From: Polyangiaceae bacterium
GTDB taxonomy: Bacteria; Myxococcota_A; Polyangia; Polyangiales; Polyangiaceae
Assembly (NCBI GenBank): GCA_044376115.1
Contig: JBILLK010000001.1
Span: 416,001 to 480,000, forward strand
Direction: 5' to 3'
Length of the DNA: 64,000 nucleotides
The notes under the pieces were generated by a model that had not been told where the DNA came from, did no database searches, and saw nothing but the letters and a program-made list of their open reading frames with translations. Within the stretch, counting starts at the first letter, position 1, and each line of letters opens with the position of its first letter. Of the stretch, positions 1-9,693 are shown in pieces. Position numbers and translations under genes: made by a program.

Positions 1-234
1 CGTGTAGGTCCCGCTTCGCGCGGACTCCGCCGGAATACCGACAGTGACCTTGTTGGCCGCAAACTCGACTCGGGTGCCTTTGACCCAGCCGTCGGCTCGA
101 CCCTGTTGGTCCGGTTGAACGTTGCTGATGGCCTCGCCCACCCAGCGGCCTTGCAGCCGGTCACGGGGCGACTTGGAACAACCAACCAGAGAGAGCAGAA
201 CCACAAAGAACAGCGGAGAGGGCAGAAAGCGCAT
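1..234 (-). CDS. Lipoprotein, N-terminal part (runs off window start)
   Basis: Manual translation from ATG at 234: MRFLPSPLFFVVLLSLVGC-SKSPRDRLQGRW...; hydrophobic signal with LVGC lipobox; open to position 1. Confidence 0.75.
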   Translation of the reverse strand, partial: MRFLPSPLFFVVLLSLVGCSKSPRDRLQGRWVGEAISNVQPDQQGRADGWVKGTRVEFAANKVTVGIPAESARSGTYT

Positions 235-453
235 TGGGGACCTCCACATAAAGCCTGAATCCAGGATGAAACGGTACGGACGGCCGCTCCATAGGGCCAA
301 GCATCTGTGAGCAATTTCCTACATCTGCACACATGACTCCGCATTAAAGCAGTGCTGTTCAGTGGCGCTGGTGGCCTGCAAAACGAGCCGCTGTTAGCGC
401 TCCCATCCCCTAGGAACGCGTATTAAGGATTCGTTTCGCCTGATGAGCCGCAA

Positions 454-1209
454 GTGACCCAATCCATCTTTTCGCATCGCCGTTTGCCCCGACAAAACCA
501 GTCGGAACTCCTTCGAGACATCGTTGAGAAATCGCACTTTCGCCCGGGGGAACCTGCTCCGGTGATCGTGTTTGACCTCGACGGCACCCTGCTCGACAAC
601 CGTCCTCGGGTTGCGAAAATCTTCCGTGAACTCGCTGAGCATTGGCAGGCGACGAACCCCACAGAGGCCGCCAGCCTGGCCAAGGCCACTGCGGAAGACA
701 TCGTCTACGGCGTGGAGGAGAATCTCGATCGGTTCAACGTCAAGGACACTGCCCTGCGCACGTTCGCCGCGGGCTTCTGGAAGGACCGCTTCTTCATCGA
801 TTCCTATATGCAGTACGACCGCCCGACCCCGGGCGCGCTCGACTTCGTAAAGGCTTGTTATGCAGCCGGTGCCACGCTGGTTTATCTCACAGGGCGGGAC
901 TTGCCGAATATGGCATTAGGGACCTTCGCCAGCCTGCGCGACGTCGGTTTTCCGATCGGGGTCGTGGGGACCTCGCTCGTGACCAAGCCTGCCTTTGAGA
1001 TCCCCGATGCCGCGTTCAAGAATGACGTTGCGCCAGCGCTCGTCCGCCACGGGAAGATCATCGCCGCCTTTGACAATGAGCCGGCCAACAACAACCTATT
1101 CGTGCAACATCATGAAGCAGCCTTGAGCATCTTCTTGGATACGCATCACGCACCGAATCCACCGGCACTCGACAGCCGCGTGATTGTGATTGAAGATTTC
1201 CTATGGTGA
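454..1209 (+). CDS. HAD-superfamily hydrolase/phosphatase
   Basis: VFDLDGTL motif I, LTGR motif II, K and FDN..N motifs. Confidence 0.85.
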   Translation: MTQSIFSHRRLPRQNQSELLRDIVEKSHFRPGEPAPVIVFDLDGTLLDNRPRVAKIFRELAEHWQATNPTEAASLAKATAEDIVYGVEENLDRFNVKDTALRTFAAGFWKDRFFIDSYMQYDRPTPGALDFVKACYAAGATLVYLTGRDLPNMALGTFASLRDVGFPIGVVGTSLVTKPAFEIPDAAFKNDVAPALVRHGKIIAAFDNEPANNNLFVQHHEAALSIFLDTHHAPNPPALDSRVIVIEDFLW

Positions 1210-2519
1210 AGCGTTGGGCTGGCGGACTTTTGTGCGCAGCTCTCACGGCCTGCGGCAATGAGGGGCCATCCCAAGTGGGGTCAACATCGGTCGCGGCGCC
1301 CCCCACGCCACCGGTGCTGTCGACGCCGGTTTTGCCTGGTTCACCCGACGGGCCGAAGGAGCCACCGGGCTCCGCCTACGGGGGTCTCGAGTACGATCCC
1401 ATTGCCAAGCGGTTGATCATCCCGGAGTCGGGTCCGCCCAAGGCGTTGCCGCTGCAACCAAACACCCAGCTTCCTACCGACAACATCCTGAGGGAGGAAC
1501 AAGTCGGCGTAATCCTCGAAGCGACCATCGTTCATCGGGACCTGCCCGCCCCGCCGAACGCGGTGGAGGTCAACAAGCCTGGCCTCGCTGAAGCCAATAG
1601 AGCGACGGTTCCGTCTCTGACAATCACGATGACCGCGCTTGGCAGGATGCGCATGCTGTTCAGCTCGCGCGCCCACCCGCTGCCGTTCAATTCGGAGCTG
1701 CGCGCGCGTTTTGATCGCTTCGGCCATGTCGCGGTCTGGCCCGGGCTAACGAGGTATCGGGTCATTGCGCCGGGCGCTTTGCGCACGACCCTGGGAGAGC
1801 GCCGCATCGACGTGATGCCGCTCATATCAGGGACGAAGGGCAACTCGGGAACCAGCACAAAACTCGGGATCCCCACGCGAACGGTCGAGCTCGAGTCGGG
1901 CCTGGGCACAGTCGTCATGGATATTGCCACGGTGCCCGAATCGGGCTTGGGCGGCCCGCTCTTGTGTCGTGCGATGGTTGAGCTCGTCGGCATCGATCCT
2001 GCGTCGTCCGAGTGCAAACCCGAAGAGGTTCCGCTCCACGCGACCATCCAATGGAAGAACGGTGGCGGCTTCGACCTAGAGATTTCTTCGGTGGAGCGCC
2101 GCACCGACTTGGGGCCAGGCGAGATCCTCGTTCCACCGCCCAACTCCGAGCTTAGCGAGGATTCGCTGCCCGGTTCAGACGATGGGGTACTCTTCAATCA
2201 AGCCGAGCTGCGAGCGTTTCGGACCAAGGCGGTAGAAGCGCCGCGCACGCCTGACGCTCCGATCGAGGGCGTCATCGTCGACAACCGACATGATTACCCG
2301 CTAACGCTATTTTTGGATGGCATACCGGTGGTCACGGTACCGCCGCTGGAGAAGCGCTTGCTCCTGGGTATGTTGCCCGGCCGCTACAATATCCAATGGC
2401 GCACCTTCCTCGGGGATCACGTTCTCCCAGCCGAAACGGTGGATGTCCCCGCATATCTCTATTCAAAACTGCCACCGCCTCCGCCACCGCCGGCTCCGTC
2501 GCAAGAGCCAGCCCAATAA
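1203..2519 (+). CDS. Hypothetical lipoprotein
   Basis: 438-aa ORF with LTAC lipobox and Pro-rich ends; overlaps the HAD gene stop. Confidence 0.75.
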   Translation: MVKRWAGGLLCAALTACGNEGPSQVGSTSVAAPPTPPVLSTPVLPGSPDGPKEPPGSAYGGLEYDPIAKRLIIPESGPPKALPLQPNTQLPTDNILREEQVGVILEATIVHRDLPAPPNAVEVNKPGLAEANRATVPSLTITMTALGRMRMLFSSRAHPLPFNSELRARFDRFGHVAVWPGLTRYRVIAPGALRTTLGERRIDVMPLISGTKGNSGTSTKLGIPTRTVELESGLGTVVMDIATVPESGLGGPLLCRAMVELVGIDPASSECKPEEVPLHATIQWKNGGGFDLEISSVERRTDLGPGEILVPPPNSELSEDSLPGSDDGVLFNQAELRAFRTKAVEAPRTPDAPIEGVIVDNRHDYPLTLFLDGIPVVTVPPLEKRLLLGMLPGRYNIQWRTFLGDHVLPAETVDVPAYLYSKLPPPPPPPAPSQEPAQ

Positions 2520-2522
2520 CGA

Positions 2523-3620
2523 TTAGCTCTTCTTCTTGCGCTTCTTGGGGCCGGTGTACTCAGGGAGCGTCGTAGAATAGGAGACTAAGGGGAGCGGTCC
2601 TTCATCGCTCAGCAGCTCTGCCAGCTGTTCATCAGCGAGGGCTTGCTTGACGCTATGGGCCTCGCCATCGATGGTGAATGACTGATTGATGAGTCGGACG
2701 CCGTGGCTGTAGTCGGCGTAGCGGCAGGAGTGGGTGCAGCTCAGCGGCTGAATGACCTTGCCGTCCTTCTTGTGCCAGCCGTAAATCGCTACGCGGTCCT
2801 CGCGCTCTGCCAAGCGTACCGAAAGCACGATGTCCTTCTTGTGCCCTGCCAGCAGCGTTCCCAGGGTGTAGCCAGCCTTTAGCCGGCGTTCCTCGACAGT
2901 CTGTTGATGAAACTGAAAGTCCGCGAGCTCGTCTTCCGTTGGTCCACCGTCGATGTAGCTTGGTGGTAGCCGGCCATCGGCCTGTTGAAAGATCGCATCA
3001 ACCAACTTGGTGGTTGGCAGCGACATATCGAGCTCATCACAAATCTGCTGGGCTGCCGCGGACGTCATTGGCATGCGGATGAAGTCGTCGTCGGAACCGA
3101 TAGCAAGGTAGTCCGACATCACGTGCAAGAGGGCAACTGCACCGGAGGGCGCCTCCAAACGCAGCGGCACGAGCTTTCGCTGATAGTCTGGTACATTGCC
3201 CTCGCGCACGGCTTTGAGCACGGCTGCGTCGATCCCGGCGCGCCCTAGCCCTTCTAACTGCCCGAGGAACACAGACCCTGTGGGGGCATCTTTGGGACGC
3301 GGCGGTAGTCGCAGGCGCGGCGTTTGATCACGGGGAGGTGGCGGACCCTCAGTCCCTACTGGGCTATCTACGGTAGTGACCGCGCTAACCTCATCGGACG
3401 AGGGTTTGCTGCCATCAGTATCGACCTCGATCTGCTCCGTTAAGTTGGTGCGCGCGACGCCGACGCGCGGCTCCTGACGATTGGTGGCACAACCAAGCAC
3501 TTGGTTGAAAACGAGACCACCAGCGCTCATTCCGAACAAGCGTCGCGTCAAGCCAAACGGAGCCCGTTGCCCGAGACCCACCTTCGTTTGCCCGTCACAT
3601 CGCGTCGAGATCGACGTCAC
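2523..3620 (-). CDS. Conserved hypothetical exported protein (possible Tat lipoprotein); start uncertain
   Basis: TRRLFG...VLGC; globular domain with AGHKKDIV, AIYGWH, YADYSHGVRL. Confidence 0.7.
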   Translation of the reverse strand: MTSISTRCDGQTKVGLGQRAPFGLTRRLFGMSAGGLVFNQVLGCATNRQEPRVGVARTNLTEQIEVDTDGSKPSSDEVSAVTTVDSPVGTEGPPPPRDQTPRLRLPPRPKDAPTGSVFLGQLEGLGRAGIDAAVLKAVREGNVPDYQRKLVPLRLEAPSGAVALLHVMSDYLAIGSDDDFIRMPMTSAAAQQICDELDMSLPTTKLVDAIFQQADGRLPPSYIDGGPTEDELADFQFHQQTVEERRLKAGYTLGTLLAGHKKDIVLSVRLAEREDRVAIYGWHKKDGKVIQPLSCTHSCRYADYSHGVRLINQSFTIDGEAHSVKQALADEQLAELLSDEGPLPLVSYSTTLPEYTGPKKRKKKS

Positions 3621-4119
3621 AGCCGATCGTGTCGCCGAGCATCGTGAGTTCGTCTCGCAGCTTTCGAACGCTGACGCCCGTGGGCACCGTCACCACCGCT
3701 TCGAGCAGAAACAGCGGTGTACCGGCGAACGGAGCCGACTCTGTTCGCGTCTCGAGCTCTTCGATGTTGACGCTGTGAGAACGCAGTAGCTCGCTGATTT
3801 GCGCCACGATTCCCGGCTGGTCCATCGAGTAGCTCTTCAACCGGTAGGGGACGCTCGCGCGTACCGGCTTATCAGCCGCCTCCACCGAGGCGATCTCGAG
3901 ACTAAGCCCCAATGAAGCGCGCGCAGCTTCCAGCTGCTGCTGCACCTTGGTCAGGATGGTTTCAGTGCCTTCGACCAGTACCAGGATTGCGAAGTGACCA
4001 CGCAAGTTGACCATTCGGCTGTCGGCTAAGTTGGCGCCAACTTCGTGAATGGTGCGCGTGAAAAGCGCGACAAGACCCGGCCGGTCAGAACCTAAGGCGG
4101 TGATGATGAGCTGTGCCAC
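3595..4119 (-). CDS. Glycine cleavage system regulator GcvR-like, tandem ACT domains
   Basis: ITALGSDRPGLV and DQPGIV ACT motifs; SAPFAGTPLF. Confidence 0.85.
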   Translation of the reverse strand: MAQLIITALGSDRPGLVALFTRTIHEVGANLADSRMVNLRGHFAILVLVEGTETILTKVQQQLEAARASLGLSLEIASVEAADKPVRASVPYRLKSYSMDQPGIVAQISELLRSHSVNIEELETRTESAPFAGTPLFLLEAVVTVPTGVSVRKLRDELTMLGDTIGCDVDLDAM

Positions 4120-4136
4120 GAAGGCGCAATAACGCG

Positions 4137-4168
4137 AAAAGGCCGGTGCGGCTATGCCCGGCCTCTCT
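4137..4168 (-). terminator. Hairpin/possible intrinsic terminator after the Cys-rich gene
   Basis: AAAAGGCCGG...CCGGCCTCT inverted repeat; gives a T-tract on the minus strand. Confidence 0.45.
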
Positions 4169-4209
4169 TCGCGTTTACGCCGAAGACAGCTTCGGCCCCA
4201 GAATCCGCT

Positions 4210-5076
4210 TTAGGGCAGCGCGACCGTCACGGTCACTTGACCCGGAGCGGCCTCGTTACAGGAGCCACCTGGCACTGAAATGCAGTCACATGCCGCGCCG
4301 TTGACGCACTCGGGGGGGGTCGCTTCGCAGGAGTAACCAATGGGCGACCGCGGCTGGCCTGGGAAGGTCTGGACACAGTATTGTGAGTTGCTGGTGCAGC
4401 TCAGGTCGCCGCAGGCGAAGCTATCGCAAACGAGTTCACCACACGTCCAAACACCGTTGAAGCAGCCAAATCCAACGTAGTCACAGCCTTCGGGTGGCGC
4501 TGCACAGGGCGGCGGATCACCACATTCGGGGCACACGAGCGTTCCGCAGGTGTTTTGACCATCAACGCAGAATGGCTCCTGGTACTCGCAGCCCTCGGGT
4601 GGAGCCATGCACGGCGGAGCGGGCCCGGTGCACTCCTCGCAAACCAACTCTCCACAAGTCCACGCTCCATCGATGCAGCCGCCGTTCACATAGTTGCAGC
4701 CTTCGGGCGGAGCAGCGCACGGCGGCGGCCCGCCGTCGCAGGCGTCGCAGACGAGGGTTCCGCAGGTGTTTTGACCATCAACGCAGAATGGCTCCTGGTA
4801 CTCGCAGCCCTCGGGTGGAGCCATGCATGGCGGCGCTACGCCCGTGCACTCCTCCAGGCAAACCAACTCACCGCAGGTCCAAGCCCCATCCACACAACCC
4901 GAGCCTTCATAGTCACAACCCTCGGGTGGGGCGGCGCACAACGGCTGCTCGCCGCTGCATTCGGACCCAATCGTGACGTCTCCGCCGCAGCCGCCGCCAT
5001 CCGCGCCCATGAGAAACGCCGGTGCAGCCAAGCAGGCGAGACCAAGGAGGGCTCGTTCAAATCGCTTGAGGTTCAT
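4210..5076 (-). CDS. Secreted Cys-rich repeat protein
   Basis: Signal-like N-terminus from MNLKR; five CxAPPEGCxY...CxxGxxTCGxLVC units. Confidence 0.8.
   Translation of the reverse strand: MNLKRFERALLGLACLAAPAFLMGADGGGCGGDVTIGSECSGEQPLCAAPPEGCDYEGSGCVDGAWTCGELVCLEECTGVAPPCMAPPEGCEYQEPFCVDGQNTCGTLVCDACDGGPPPCAAPPEGCNYVNGGCIDGAWTCGELVCEECTGPAPPCMAPPEGCEYQEPFCVDGQNTCGTLVCPECGDPPPCAAPPEGCDYVGFGCFNGVWTCGELVCDSFACGDLSCTSNSQYCVQTFPGQPRSPIGYSCEATPPECVNGAACDCISVPGGSCNEAAPGQVTVTVALP
4541..4827. repeat. Intragenic direct repeat, 71-nt identical copies at 4541-4611 and 4757-4827
   Basis: Read directly; 216-nt spacing. Confidence 0.85.
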
Positions 5077-5181
5077 AAAAGCTCCAAAGTAGGTGAAATT
5101 CCGGTTCAAGCAGTGAGTGTCCGACCGCAGCTCATCCCGTGAAAAATTGTTCGCTGCGTCCATCAGTCCACCCGCTGTTGC

Positions 5182-5985
5182 CTACCGACACGCAGCTCGA
5201 ACCTTTGCACTTAGTGGGGTATCCGATCCGTCATTGGGTAGAGGGAACATCGCCAAACCATCGCCAATGCGACCCTGCCCGCAGTAGGCCATTGCCATTA
5301 GCGCTCTTCTCTCGTTTGCCAAAACCCCCGAGGGGTATTGGCTTGCATGCGCTCCGAGACTCCGCAGTGCACCGTTCATGTCCCCGGCGGCAAGCGCCAC
5401 ACGCGCCTCCGCTAAGAGGGCGCGCTCGCGGCTGAGCGAGTCCTCGGTGACGAGCGCTGGCGGATCCTGCGGTAGGCCAACTGACGCGGGCTGAGCGCCC
5501 GAGGAAGGTTGTTGCATGGGGCCATTGTGGTGCGGTTGCGCGGTAGCCGACGCCTCAACGTTTCGAGCGATTTCGGGGCTCTCTTTTCGTTCTGCATTCG
5601 CAGACGGCAATACCGGAACAGGGGGTACGTTTGCGGTCAGGTCGACAGTCGGAGACGGCAGCGTTACCTGCGTCATTGGAGCGGAATGAGGCGGCTGTCG
5701 AGTAGCGACCCAGGTACTCCCTCCGACGATGAGAGCACCAACGGCGCCGGCTTTGACCAGACCGAACGTGGTAACTCGCGACGCCGCAAAGCCAATAGCA
5801 GCCTTTCCCTTGATTCCACTCGCAGTTGCGGCAGCGGCAGCGGCAGGAGCAGCGGCTGAAGCCGCCGCAGTAACCGCAACGGTCGATAGAATTTTACTGC
5901 GCATTCGAGCCTTGGCCGCTTGGTCAGGGACTTCACCGTGCCGCCGAGCTGCCTTCAACAAAGACTTCGTATCGCGGCTCATCAT
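5182..5985 (-). CDS. Membrane-anchored putative anti-sigma factor with C-terminal TPR-like helices
   Basis: Ala-rich N-terminus, TM segment, Pro-rich linker, LSRERALLAEAR...YPSGVLANER; overlaps the ECF sigma stop. Confidence 0.65.
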   Translation of the reverse strand: MMSRDTKSLLKAARRHGEVPDQAAKARMRSKILSTVAVTAAASAAAPAAAAAATASGIKGKAAIGFAASRVTTFGLVKAGAVGALIVGGSTWVATRQPPHSAPMTQVTLPSPTVDLTANVPPVPVLPSANAERKESPEIARNVEASATAQPHHNGPMQQPSSGAQPASVGLPQDPPALVTEDSLSRERALLAEARVALAAGDMNGALRSLGAHASQYPSGVLANERRALMAMAYCGQGRIGDGLAMFPLPNDGSDTPLSAKVRAACR

Positions 5986-6584
5986 TTCGCGGACCTTTCG
6001 ACGCCAAGCACGCGCGGTTGGCGCTTCTTCTCACGCAGCACCGCGGCATCGAACTGCTGCCGGGCGGCTCGCAGACGCGCATAAACGGTGTTTACGTTGA
6101 GCCCGAGAGAGATCGCGATCTCAGCGCCGGAGAGTTGTTCGAGTTCAGCCAACACCAGCACCTCGCGCTTTTCTTCATCAAGTTGGTCGAGGAGCTTCTC
6201 CACCAAGAGTGCCGCTTCCCGTTCCAGCAGAACCTCATCTGGGAGTCCCGTGGACATCACAGGTTCTTGTGCTTCAGACAGCTCTGCCTCTGGGTGTCTC
6301 CGGGCGTGTCGTCGAGCATTGCGCGCAACCAGAATGGTAATGCCGTAGAGCCAAGTGGAGACCGAACTCCGCCCCTCGAAGGAGTCCAGCTTTCGGTGGG
6401 CAACGACAAATACCTCCTGCACCGAGTCCTCCAGGTTCGCCTCTGCGATTCCCAGTCGGCGCAAGGTCCGCCAGACAAGGTCCACGTGATCGTCGTACAG
6501 AGCCGGAAAGGTCGGCCGCGCAACCTGCGTGCCGCTTTCCGGATAGCTGGGAGCAAGTTGAGCGGTCATAGTCAGCGACAACAC
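5982..6584 (-). CDS. ECF RNA polymerase sigma-70 factor
   Basis: Region 2 EDSVQEVF...FEGRSSVSTWLYGI; region 4 EIAISLGLNVNTVYARLRAAR. Confidence 0.92.
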   Translation of the reverse strand: MLSLTMTAQLAPSYPESGTQVARPTFPALYDDHVDLVWRTLRRLGIAEANLEDSVQEVFVVAHRKLDSFEGRSSVSTWLYGITILVARNARRHARRHPEAELSEAQEPVMSTGLPDEVLLEREAALLVEKLLDQLDEEKREVLVLAELEQLSGAEIAISLGLNVNTVYARLRAARQQFDAAVLREKKRQPRVLGVERSAK

Positions 6585-6643
6585 GTGGCTTCTTGGTGAG
6601 TGTCCGGCTGATGCCGCTTCCGTGTGACGATCGTCGGCCGCCC

Positions 6644-7690
6644 CTAGAGCTGAACCTCAGCACCAATGCCAATTCTGCCCGCAGCCGGTCCAGACTCATG
6701 GACGACGGTCACCTCAGCCGAGTCGGTGGCAAATACAAATCTGCGGGGATCCACGGGGAACGCTGCCCCAACTCGACTCCATAGGGACAGCGGTCCGGCT
6801 AACCCAAGCGCGAGTCGAAGTTCCACGCGAGGCGCGACCCAGGGAGCTTCGCCGCTCAACGAGTTTGCCACGCCGTAACCTTGTCCAGCCAGAACGCCAC
6901 CCTCGAGGCCAAGACATCCCGACAGCTCAGCCGCGAGCGGCGCCCGCGGCCACTCGTTCGACCAGGGCAAGAGGGTTCGACAACCACTTAATGTTCCGTA
7001 GAAGAGCGAGAAGTTAGCGCCCCGCGTGGAGTCTGCTGGAAGCGACGTGGTGCTGCCGAGGCTACCTTCAATACCAGCCTCGATCCGATATGCGTCAATC
7101 CGCAGTCCTAGTCCGGCTGCAAACAGCCCATGTACGGTCGGCAGTTCGAATGCACCAGCTCCCAATGCAACGTTGACCACAAACCCGAGCAGGCTTGGGG
7201 CTTCCGGCCGCGGCAATCGAGTCGGAAGCGGTGGGTTGGCGAAGCTCGGTACGGCGAGCGGCACAGTTGGAACAGGCGCCGGGGCCGGCTGCGGAATCAC
7301 CTCTAACGGTTGGCTAATCGCATTGGAGACATCAACCGTTGGGTCGTGCTCGATGGCGATCAGCAGCACCGCCGTTTCCACTAGCGTCTCGCAGCGTGGC
7401 GATTGGAGCCGGCGAATGCTGCGCCCAGAGAGCGTCTCCGTCTCGAGCTCCAGCTCAAAGCCTGCGTCACCGTGCGTTATCTGAAGCTGGGCGCGCAGCG
7501 GAGTCCCCGCCGACATGGCTGACCCAAGCAGCTCTTGCACCATACCGATGACCTGGCTGCCAGTCGGACACTCGGCGGGCCCACGTAGGCTGAGTTGAAC
7601 TCCGCTTGCGGGGGCGGCCTGTTCATCGGCCAGGAGCTCCGCCGGAGCCAGCAGCGTCAATACCGGCGCGAGCGCGCCCAGCCGCTTCAT
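6644..7690 (-). CDS. Exported protein with C-terminal beta-barrel-like region (ECF cluster partner)
   Basis: Signal peptide MKRLGALAPVL..., CP motif, Pro linker, alternating beta-strand C-terminus. Confidence 0.65.
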   Translation of the reverse strand: MKRLGALAPVLTLLAPAELLADEQAAPASGVQLSLRGPAECPTGSQVIGMVQELLGSAMSAGTPLRAQLQITHGDAGFELELETETLSGRSIRRLQSPRCETLVETAVLLIAIEHDPTVDVSNAISQPLEVIPQPAPAPVPTVPLAVPSFANPPLPTRLPRPEAPSLLGFVVNVALGAGAFELPTVHGLFAAGLGLRIDAYRIEAGIEGSLGSTTSLPADSTRGANFSLFYGTLSGCRTLLPWSNEWPRAPLAAELSGCLGLEGGVLAGQGYGVANSLSGEAPWVAPRVELRLALGLAGPLSLWSRVGAAFPVDPRRFVFATDSAEVTVVHESGPAAGRIGIGAEVQL

Positions 7691-8316
7691 CAAGCTTCTT
7701 TGGGCAACACGCGCTCGATCAGCGCGCAATACTCGGCCACGCTGAGCGCCCCAGCGACGGGGCCAACCTCGATCTCGGGACCGCCGAAGGCCAAGGCAGG
7801 AACAGCGCGCACCGAGGCCGAGGCCGCCTGCTGACGAATGGCTCGTTGCGCCTCCGGACGCTCAATCAGGTTGATCGTTTGGTCGCGTGAAAGGCCAACC
7901 CGCTCGGCCAGCTCGATCAACACATCCATCGACGAAATGTCTTTTCCTTCGCTGAAGTAGGCCCTGAAGATGCCCTTCACCAAGGGGAGCGATGGCTGCT
8001 CGGCGACCAGCGTATGAGCGCGGACACTCGAGTAACCCTTGCGAACTTTCGTGAAGTCGATCGCCAAACCGTCTTGCGCTGCGACCTGCTCGACGCGACG
8101 AAAGAGCGGCTCAGGATCGCCATACTTGCGACGAAGGTTGTCTCGCAAGTCCAGGCCCTCGGCTGGCGTCCCGGGCTCGAGCAAGAACGGCCGAAACACC
8201 CAGGTTGCCTGCGCATCGACGGCCATCTGTTGGACAGCGCGCTCGAGCCGAGTGAGCCCGATGTAGCACCACGGGCACATAAAGTCAGAGGTCAACGAGA
8301 TGCGTAAGGAGCCCAC
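7690..8316 (-). CDS. DsbA family oxidoreductase (FrnE-like)
   Basis: SDFMCPWCYIG motif; AVP cis-Pro region. Confidence 0.88.
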   Translation of the reverse strand: MGSLRISLTSDFMCPWCYIGLTRLERAVQQMAVDAQATWVFRPFLLEPGTPAEGLDLRDNLRRKYGDPEPLFRRVEQVAAQDGLAIDFTKVRKGYSSVRAHTLVAEQPSLPLVKGIFRAYFSEGKDISSMDVLIELAERVGLSRDQTINLIERPEAQRAIRQQAASASVRAVPALAFGGPEIEVGPVAGALSVAEYCALIERVLPKEA

Positions 8317-8393
8317 TCATCAGGGGTAGCACAATCGCGATTGCGCGTCGCTCGGCTGCGCCGCCTGGTCATTATCGACCTGACGGCTTTCCC

Positions 8394-8819
8394 TCACGGG
8401 CCGTTGGGCTCTGTCGTTTCAACAACGACCCAAACCCCGTCGGTACAGGTGGCGTCCCACAGCGTCGTTAACCCACTATCAAAGTTGGCGTCCTCGTAGT
8501 GACAGAGCTGCGCCTCCTTCGAACAGGCATCACCCATGTCCGGAGGCCGTATCAACCATCCGCCGTGGGTAGCGCTGGTCGAACACACGTAGAGCGCCGG
8601 GCAATCATCAACCACGTAATTGCATTGAAGATCGGCGTTCTGGTCGAAGCCACAGGGTGCATCTCCGGGAGTAGCTGGGCAGCCGTCACCACCCTGACCT
8701 CCACCTCCAGCGCTCTCCGCTCCGGCGCCACCACCCGCTCCACCGGAGCCGCCCACGGCGTCGCTATCATCGCCACAAGCAACTGAAGCAAACAGCAGCA
8801 AACCGGCCCACGGCCTCAT
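8394..8819 (-). CDS. Cys-rich lipoprotein
   Basis: SVAC lipobox, Gly linker, Cys-rich domain. Confidence 0.7.
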   Translation of the reverse strand: MRPWAGLLLFASVACGDDSDAVGGSGGAGGGAGAESAGGGGQGGDGCPATPGDAPCGFDQNADLQCNYVVDDCPALYVCSTSATHGGWLIRPPDMGDACSKEAQLCHYEDANFDSGLTTLWDATCTDGVWVVVETTEPNGP

Positions 8820-9160
8820 ACGATTTCGTCTCGAATCGGCGGCGCTCCGTAAGGCATGGCTTGATTGACCTCCTCCGCGCGAATGGCCGTCACGGCCGTA
8901 GTAGGCGTCGCCGAGGCACTGGGAACCTCCACCGTCGTAACGCCCGTACCGCCGTTGTTCGTCGTCTTCGGGTCGCTACCACAACCGGCAAGCGCCACCA
9001 CCGCAGCCGCACCTAGCGCCGCGCGCGCTGCGCGGGGAAGACGCTCCGCTGATTTGGCCGCAGGGCCGTTGTCCGGCGCGAGGACAGCCTCACAGAAAGG
9101 ACAGCTCGCCTCGTCACCACGGACGTGACGCAAACAGGAACTGCACGGGCGAAGCTTCAT
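8816..9160 (-). CDS. Zinc-ribbon/lipobox protein with C-terminal PYGAPP motif (putative radical-SAM substrate)
   Basis: CSSCLRHVRGDEASCPFC; LAGC; AMPYGAPP. Confidence 0.75.
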   Translation of the reverse strand: MKLRPCSSCLRHVRGDEASCPFCEAVLAPDNGPAAKSAERLPRAARAALGAAAVVALAGCGSDPKTTNNGGTGVTTVEVPSASATPTTAVTAIRAEEVNQAMPYGAPPIRDEIV

Positions 9161-9189
9161 TGGTTGGTCCTTTCCTACTGCACCTGACA

Positions 9190-9678
9190 TTAGACGATCT
9201 GCGGCACTGGAGGAGCACCGTAGGGCTTGGCGTGATTGGGTGGGCGCATGACGGTACCGGTCGGGACGGTGGCAGTCGGTGGGACGGTCGCGGTCGGCTT
9301 TGCCGATACCGCAGTAACGGCTGTTGTGGCGACCGTGTTGGCTGCGCTGGCGCTGGCCGTCGCGACGGCGGTAACCGAAGAAGCTGAGCTGGTTGGCACG
9401 TTCTCAACCTTGGCGCTGGCCGCTGTAAGTTGGGGCACCACCAGCTCTTCGGCGGTTGCTACTGGCTTTGCGTTCTCTGGCTCCGCGGCGCTCGCACAGC
9501 CGGCCAACCCGGCGAAAGCCACGGCTGTGCCAAGCGCAGCACGAGCCGAACGGGATAGCCCGCCGAGCTGCACCGATTCACTCGATAACCGTGGTTCCAA
9601 GTTAGCTCCACAAAACGGGCACACGGATTCGTCAACACGCACGTGGCGCAAACAGGTCGAGCAAGGGTTCAGCTGCAT
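9190..9678 (-). CDS. Zinc-ribbon/lipobox protein with C-terminal PYGAPP motif (paralog)
   Basis: CSTCLRHVRVDESVCPFC; LAGC; AKPYGAPP. Confidence 0.78.
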   Translation of the reverse strand: MQLNPCSTCLRHVRVDESVCPFCGANLEPRLSSESVQLGGLSRSARAALGTAVAFAGLAGCASAAEPENAKPVATAEELVVPQLTAASAKVENVPTSSASSVTAVATASASAANTVATTAVTAVSAKPTATVPPTATVPTGTVMRPPNHAKPYGAPPVPQIV

Positions 9679-9693
9679 TGTGCGAGGAGGCTA

